Source: Podarcis cretensis (Eukaryota). Taken from it: 64,000 bases of DNA. The position numbers were made by a program, and so were the translations under genes. The notes beneath the pieces were generated by a model. The model searched no databases, was not told where the DNA came from, and was given only the letters and a program-made list of their open reading frames with translations. Positions 58,553 through 64,000 of this stretch are shown in pieces. The stretch lies in NCBI GenBank assembly GCA_951804945.1, contig OX638159.1, forward strand, positions 36,146,001 through 36,210,000, read 5' to 3'. The number at the start of each line of letters is the position of its first letter. Within the stretch, counting starts at the first letter, position 1.

Positions 58553-61522
58553 TTTTTTTCCATCATTCTTTTTATTAATTAATTCCACAAAAGAAAGTAA
58601 ACAACTAACACACATATATATAAAAAAAGTCAGTATACAAAAAGTAAAAAAAAAGAGATTTACAAAAAGAGAAGAAATAAATAAATAAAAATACATAAAC
58701 TTTGATTTGCCCATTAACATTCTTACATATACATCCCTTTCGAGACTTCCTTCAGCTTGTCCATAAATCTTTCGAAGCAGTAATCAAATTCACACGTTTC
58801 TCTGCTTATTATTGTCGTTAAACTTATCTCTATCTCCTATTTGCTTTAAACAATAACTCTTTGTCTTTCACAGTGCGTCTCTGAATCCCTTTAGCGTTGT
58901 TTGTCCCTCACTAATACATTCCAGGTAATCCACATACTTTCCCCAATCCTTGATAAACACTTGGTCTCTTACATACTTAATTTTCCCTGTTAATTTATCC
59001 AGCTCTGCGTAGTCCAGCAGTTTAAATCTCCACTCCTCCACCGTTGGTATTACCTGCTGTTTCCACTTTGGGGCTAGCACTACCCTTGCTGCTGCCACTG
59101 CATAATATACTATTCTACGATCTTCTTTTTTAATCTCTTGCCTTAACATCCCTAACAGGAAGATTTCTGGTTTCTTTCTAAACGTGTATTTTAGAATTTT
59201 CTTTATTTCAATATATATATTCTCCCAAAATTGTTTCACTCTTCCACACTCCCACCACATATGGTAGAAGGAGCCCTCCTCTTTTTTACACTTCCAGCAC
59301 TTCTTGTCCGTCTTATACATTTTTGATAATTTTATCGGTGTTAAATACCACCTATAAAACATCTTCATGACATTTTCCTTTATCATTGTACACGCTGTAA
59401 AATTTAGTCCCTCTCTCCAAAGCTCTTCCCAATCTTCAAATTGTATGCAGTGGCCTACATCCCTTGCCCAACGGATCATCACTGATTTAACTTCTTCATC
59501 ACCTAGATTCCAATCCAACAGCATCCTATACATCTTAGATATGATTTTTACTTCATTATTTATTATCTCCGTTTGAAATTTAGAGTCTTTTTCTGCATAT
59601 CCTCTTTCTTTAAAGTCTTTACTAAACATCTGATTTACCTGGATATGGTGTAGCCAATCATAGACATACTCCTTTACTTGATCGTACGGCTTTATCTTCC
59701 ATTTCCCATCAACCTTAGTTAGCAATTGGCTATATGTAGCCCAGTTGCTTCTCATATTAATAGCCTTTATACTCATTACTTCGAGAGGTGATAGCCAATG
59801 TGGTGTTTTCGGCTCTAACAAATTCTTGTGTTTTTCCCATACCTCAATTAACGGGCCTCTAAAAATATGATTTTCAAATCCCTTATGTACTTTCCTCTTG
59901 TTCTTCCATAAATAGGCATGCCAGCCGAATCTATTATCGAAGCCCTCTAAATCGAGTAGCTCCGTATTCACCAACTTTACCCAGTCCTTTATCCAACAAA
60001 GGCATGAGGCCTCGTAGTATAACTTCAAATCTGGCAGGGCAAAACCCCCCCTTTCCTTTATGTCTGTCAGTAATTTAAACTGAATTCTAGGTTTTTTGCC
60101 CTGCCATATGTATCTTGAGAGTATTCGTTGCCAGTCTCTAAAGATTCGGCTCCCCTTAATTATAGGGATAGTTTGAAATAGAAACATAAGTCTTGGTAAA
60201 ACATTCATCTTAATTGTATTAATCCTTCCCCAGAATGACAGTTTCAGCCCTCCCCATTTTTCCAGATCTTTCCTTATGTCCTTCCACATCGGCTCGTAAT
60301 TATTTTTGAATAAGTCTATGTTTTTTGATGTTAACCAGATACCAAGATATTTGACTTTTTTAACTATCTCTATCTGTGTGTGCTGTTGGATGATTTCTAT
60401 TGTTTTTGAGTCCACATTTTTAGCTATCATTTTCGTTTTTGTCTTATTTAGTTTAAAGCCTGCTATTTCTCCAAATTCTTCTATTTCCTTTAATATTTCT
60501 TCTATTGCTGTTATTGGTTCTTCTGTCATTATTACTACATCGTCCGCAAAGGCTTTGGTCTTATACACGTTCTGTCCTAATGTTACTCCATTTATTTTCC
60601 CATTTTGCCTTATTGAATTCAAGAGTACTTCTAAAACTATTATAAACAGTAGCGGGGAGAGTGGACAACCCTGTCTTGTACCCTTCTGTATCTTTATCTC
60701 TTCCGTCGCCATGCTATTTATAATCAATTTAGCCTTCTGTTCGGTATATATCGCTTTTACTCCGTTAAAGAAGTCATTGCCAACATCCATGTATTCTAGA
60801 CTTTTCAGCATAAAATCCCAAATCACCTTATCGAATGCCTTCTCGGCATCCACAAACATCATAATAACTTGTTTGTCAATTCTAACAGATAAATATTCTA
60901 GCATATTGATTATGCTTCTTGTGTTATTTCTCATCTGCCGCCCTGGCAGGAATCCCATCTGATCCTTATGAATAATTTCTGATAACAACTTTTTCAGCCT
61001 TCTTGCTAGGATTCCTGCGAATATTTTATAGTCTGTGTTTAGCAATGAAATTGGTCTATAATTTTTAACCTGGGTTAGGTCTGCATCTTGTTTGGGGATT
61101 AACGCAATATATGCTTCTTTCCATGTCCCAGGAATTTCTCCTTTCTTTAAAATGTTATTCATAGTCTCCTTCAAAGGTCCCACTAAAATAGATTTCATCT
61201 CTTTGTAATAACCGGCCGTAAACCCATCAGGACCTGGTGCTTTACCCCTCTTTAAGTCATTGATTGTTTCTTCTATCTCCTCATTACCTATTGGTATATT
61301 CAATCTTTGTTTATCCTCTACCGAAATTTTCTGCACCTTTTTCTCCTTCAAAAATCTTTCTATTCTCCTTATACCGATTCTCTCTTTATCCTTATACAGA
61401 CTTCTATAATAATTGACAAACTCACTCCTAATTTCTTTGGGATCGGTTCTTTCTTCCCCCTCCACTATTATTTTGTTTATTGTACCTTGTTCCTTTCTTT
61501 TTTTAATCTGCAGATTAGATTA
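58553..61522 (-). mobile_element. young 5'-truncated L1-clade LINE (~2.97 kb)
   Basis: 18-bp TSD AGTATTACTATTAGTATT (58535-58552, 61523-61540); oligo(A) end; ~315-bp 3' UTR. Confidence 0.95.
58868..61465 (-). CDS. L1 ORF2 fragment: reverse transcriptase plus C-terminal CCHC region; endonuclease domain absent
   Basis: 865 aa uninterrupted; motifs KAPGPDGF, NYRPISLLNTDYKI, DAEKAFD, GTRQGCPLSPLLF, FADD, KYLGI, CWKC..HMWWEC. Confidence 0.93.
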   Translation of the reverse strand: MEGEERTDPKEIRSEFVNYYRSLYKDKERIGIRRIERFLKEKKVQKISVEDKQRLNIPIGNEEIEETINDLKRGKAPGPDGFTAGYYKEMKSILVGPLKETMNNILKKGEIPGTWKEAYIALIPKQDADLTQVKNYRPISLLNTDYKIFAGILARRLKKLLSEIIHKDQMGFLPGRQMRNNTRSIINMLEYLSVRIDKQVIMMFVDAEKAFDKVIWDFMLKSLEYMDVGNDFFNGVKAIYTEQKAKLIINSMATEEIKIQKGTRQGCPLSPLLFIIVLEVLLNSIRQNGKINGVTLGQNVYKTKAFADDVVIMTEEPITAIEEILKEIEEFGEIAGFKLNKTKTKMIAKNVDSKTIEIIQQHTQIEIVKKVKYLGIWLTSKNIDLFKNNYEPMWKDIRKDLEKWGGLKLSFWGRINTIKMNVLPRLMFLFQTIPIIKGSRIFRDWQRILSRYIWQGKKPRIQFKLLTDIKERGGFALPDLKLYYEASCLCWIKDWVKLVNTELLDLEGFDNRFGWHAYLWKNKRKVHKGFENHIFRGPLIEVWEKHKNLLEPKTPHWLSPLEVMSIKAINMRSNWATYSQLLTKVDGKWKIKPYDQVKEYVYDWLHHIQVNQMFSKDFKERGYAEKDSKFQTEIINNEVKIISKMYRMLLDWNLGDEEVKSVMIRWARDVGHCIQFEDWEELWREGLNFTACTMIKENVMKMFYRWYLTPIKLSKMYKTDKKCWKCKKEEGSFYHMWWECGRVKQFWENIYIEIKKILKYTFRKKPEIFLLGMLRQEIKKEDRRIVYYAVAAARVVLAPKWKQQVIPTVEEWRFKLLDYAELDKLTGKIKYVRDQVFIKDWGKYVDYLECISEGQTTLKGFRDAL

Positions 61523-61942
61523 AGTATTACTATTAGTATTATCCTGCTGAAAATATTTTTATTTTTGTAATCCTACACAGACATACATTCATTTTAGATG
61601 GCTTACTGGTTTTATCTGTGTTTTAATTATTATTTTGTGGGGGTGTTTAATTTCTTTGTGGATTTTAGCTCTGTTTTAACTACAATTTTATTTGCCCACC
61701 ACTTAGAGAATCCTTTGATTTAAAGTCTTCTGAACTGGGGGTTCCCAATCTGTGGTCTGCAGACCAGCAGCAGTCCATGAGCTTCATTCAGGTTGTCCAT
61801 GGCTGGCCTGTAAAAATAACAATTAGAAATCTTACAGCATCTAGCACAGTGCATTGCAATTGCAACAATGGGCAGAAAGATAATTAAGTTGTCCACCAAA
61901 ACCCACAGCAATGTTCCCATGGCGGGAGGGAGTTTGCAAACC

Positions 61943-62119
61943 ACTGCTGGGTGACCTTGGGCTAGTCTCACTTCTCTGAAGTCTCTCAGCCTCGCTCACC
62001 TCACAGAGTGTTTGTTGTGGGGAAGGAAGGGAACGGAGAATGTTAGCCGCTTTGAGACTCCTTCGGGTAGTGATAAAGCGGGATATCAAATCCCAAACTC
62101 TTCTTCTCTTCTTCTTCTT
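61943..62119 (+). mobile_element. Squam3-type SINE, 5'-truncated
   Basis: Reverse complement of the 3' part of the 34996 copy; (CTT)n tail. Confidence 0.85.
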
Positions 62120-62213
62120 GAGATAGATACTGAGTCTTAGGGAAAACTTACATGCAAAGAACTTTCTTCTCTTCCTCTATTCTTTCTCTCCTCTCTCTCT
62201 CACTCACTGTCAC

Positions 62214-62215
<2 letters not shown>

Positions 62216-62244
<29 letters not shown>
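62216..62244. repeat. (CA)n microsatellite (others at 3735-3761, 19590-19615, 49088-49107)
   Basis: Seen directly. Confidence 0.9.
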
Positions 62245-62246
<2 letters not shown>

Positions 62247-62394
62247 ACTACGACACTGTTATTTTTTTTCCTCCTGAAGTACAGACAAAGTGGGCAGAGT
62301 ATGTATAGTATATAGCTTGAATAAGGATAAATCTCTGTGCACAAGATCAGGTGAATCTGTGAGGCTTGGGAGTTGGACGGTGGCCACAGTCCTA

Positions 62395-62538
62395 CACAAC
62401 CCAGTCAGTAGAGCATGAGACTCTTTATCGCAGGTCATGGGTTCAATCCCCACAGATGAAAGATTCCTGCAGTGAAGGAGATTTTGGACTAGATGACCTC
62501 ATGGTCCGTTCCAACTCTACCATTCTATGAGTCTGTGA
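62395..62538 (+). mobile_element. tRNA-Lys-derived SINE with CR1-like tail
   Basis: cagtcagtagagcatgagactc..ggttcaatcccca..ttggactagatgacc..ttccaactctaccattctatga. Confidence 0.78.
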
Positions 62539-62596
62539 AAGGCAGTAAGCAAGGATTTTTTTGGAGGGTAACATTTTGACCGTCTCTGAAGCACTA

Positions 62597-63191
62597 ATTT
62601 TTTTGTTTTTTATTAAAGATTTTCTTGATTTACAAAACTGTGTGCAATGTCTCTCTCTTGTATTTCCCCCCCCCCATGTAACATTTTTACAAATCAGTTT
62701 CATTTGTTGAGACATTAGGAAGAAAAGGGGGAAAGAGGTGTGGGGGAGATGGGGGGTGGGGTAGGGTGGCGATGTTTCTATTTTACTTACTATATGTCGG
62801 GTTTGGTGTCAGCGTTGCTTCTGCAGCTACTTTGCTGTTCACTTGTGTTCCTTTGGTGGCAAGAGAGGTTGGGGTTGGCCTAGGGTGTGGTTGTTCATTT
62901 GTGGTTGGCTGTGGTGGTCTTTGTTTTCATGTGTGAGTGGGGTAGGTGGGTGTTTTGGATCAGGTTAGCCATATTGATTTGTATGCTGTTGGTGGGTTTT
63001 TGTCGTTGTCTTGTTGGGCTGTGTATGTGATAAAGGGGAGCCATACCGGGGTGAAGGTATCTTCTTCTATTTGTCCCCGTGTCAGCTTCAGTTTATTGGT
63101 TAATTTTTCTAGTAGGGCTGTTTCCCATACTATTTGGTACCATTGGTCCATGCTTACTCCTGACAGGTCTCTCCAGTGTCTGGCTGTGATG
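62597..63191 (-). mobile_element. L1-clade 3' fragment of a different family
   Basis: Peptide ITARHWRD..MDQWYQIVWETALLEKLT..FTPVWLPFITY; AATAAA and oligo(A) end; TSD TGAAGCACTA (62587-62596, 63192-63201). Confidence 0.8.
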
Positions 63192-64000
63192 TGAAGCACT
63201 ATATTGTTAAAGAAAAAATGAGCAAACATTTATTAGAGCCCTAGTTTTTACAGGGTCTAACCCAAGCCATAAGCAAATCTAACAAATACGAGACCACATG
63301 CCTAGCCCAGCAAGGTAAGTAAACAGAACTTAGGTTTTATATTCACCCTCCCCTTCACTCTTGTGATGAATTTTATCCTGAGGCAAATAAGATGCCCCAG
63401 TGTTCTTCCCAGAAACAAGCTGTAACAGCAATTGCACAACCAGTGATCGAGGCATTGCACTGGGAAGTAATGCTATAAATTAAGAAGCATGTTTACTTAA
63501 TGCAAAATGAAGGCACTTAGTCACAGGAGGGTGTTATCAATCTAATCCAGGTGACCTACTCGGCACAGTTCATTTCACCCCATCAGTTTACGTGCCTGGC
63601 TGCAAACAAGTGAATGCGAACCTATTCAGTCCTCTTCTCATTTGACTAAATTTTTTGAATACATCACAGCAAGCAGCGCACCTGTTTTAATTGCACCGAG
63701 AGAAGTGTGAGGGTTTTCGGTTGTGTAGGCGTCAGGAGAACAAGCAAGCAAGATGGCAGAAGGGATCCATCAACAGTATGGAACATTTCGACATGAAAAC
63801 AAACTCCATCCAAAAAAAGCAATCTCTTCTAGGATGTGTTTATCAGATGCCAAAAACAACCTGCCTGTTGTTGTTCCAGGTGTGAACTTTTCCACTGCCA
63901 GCACCTATTAAAAAACAAAACAAAACCCTCATACACATACTTACTTTGGCGGGGGGGGGGGCTGGAATAAGTGCTGGGTTGTATATGGAGTTGAGCAAAA

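Noticed and set aside
60306-60962. 218-aa plus-strand ORF
   Set aside because: Antisense shadow of the L1 reverse transcriptase frame.

Overview
Eukaryotic non-coding DNA from a squamate reptile, most likely a lacertid lizard (inferred from Podarcis-type Sauria SINEs, Squam3-type SINEs and BovB). I recognise no host protein-coding gene and no functional RNA gene. The window is a mosaic of transposable elements: ten Sauria SINE copies in three subtypes, two ~0.5 kb BovB 3' fragments, four L1 pieces (one young 3 kb copy with an uninterrupted 865-aa partial ORF2), L2/CR1 remnants, tRNA-Lys-derived SINEs, a solo-LTR-like element, and many hAT, Tc1/mariner-pogo and other MITEs, often nested. These are separated by unique A/T- and TAAT-rich blocks that may be conserved enhancers, and there is a 160-N assembly gap. 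The most unusual signal is a young 157-158 bp hAT-type MITE (3 copies, 8-bp TSDs) carrying telomere-like (CCCTAA/TTAGGG) repeats and a G-quadruplex motif. Also notable are a SINE copy that gained terminal inverted repeats, two BovB copies truncated at nearly the same base, and two unrelated insertions at the same site of one host element family. Family names come from recalled consensus sequences, not a database search. Boundaries of old elements are approximate.
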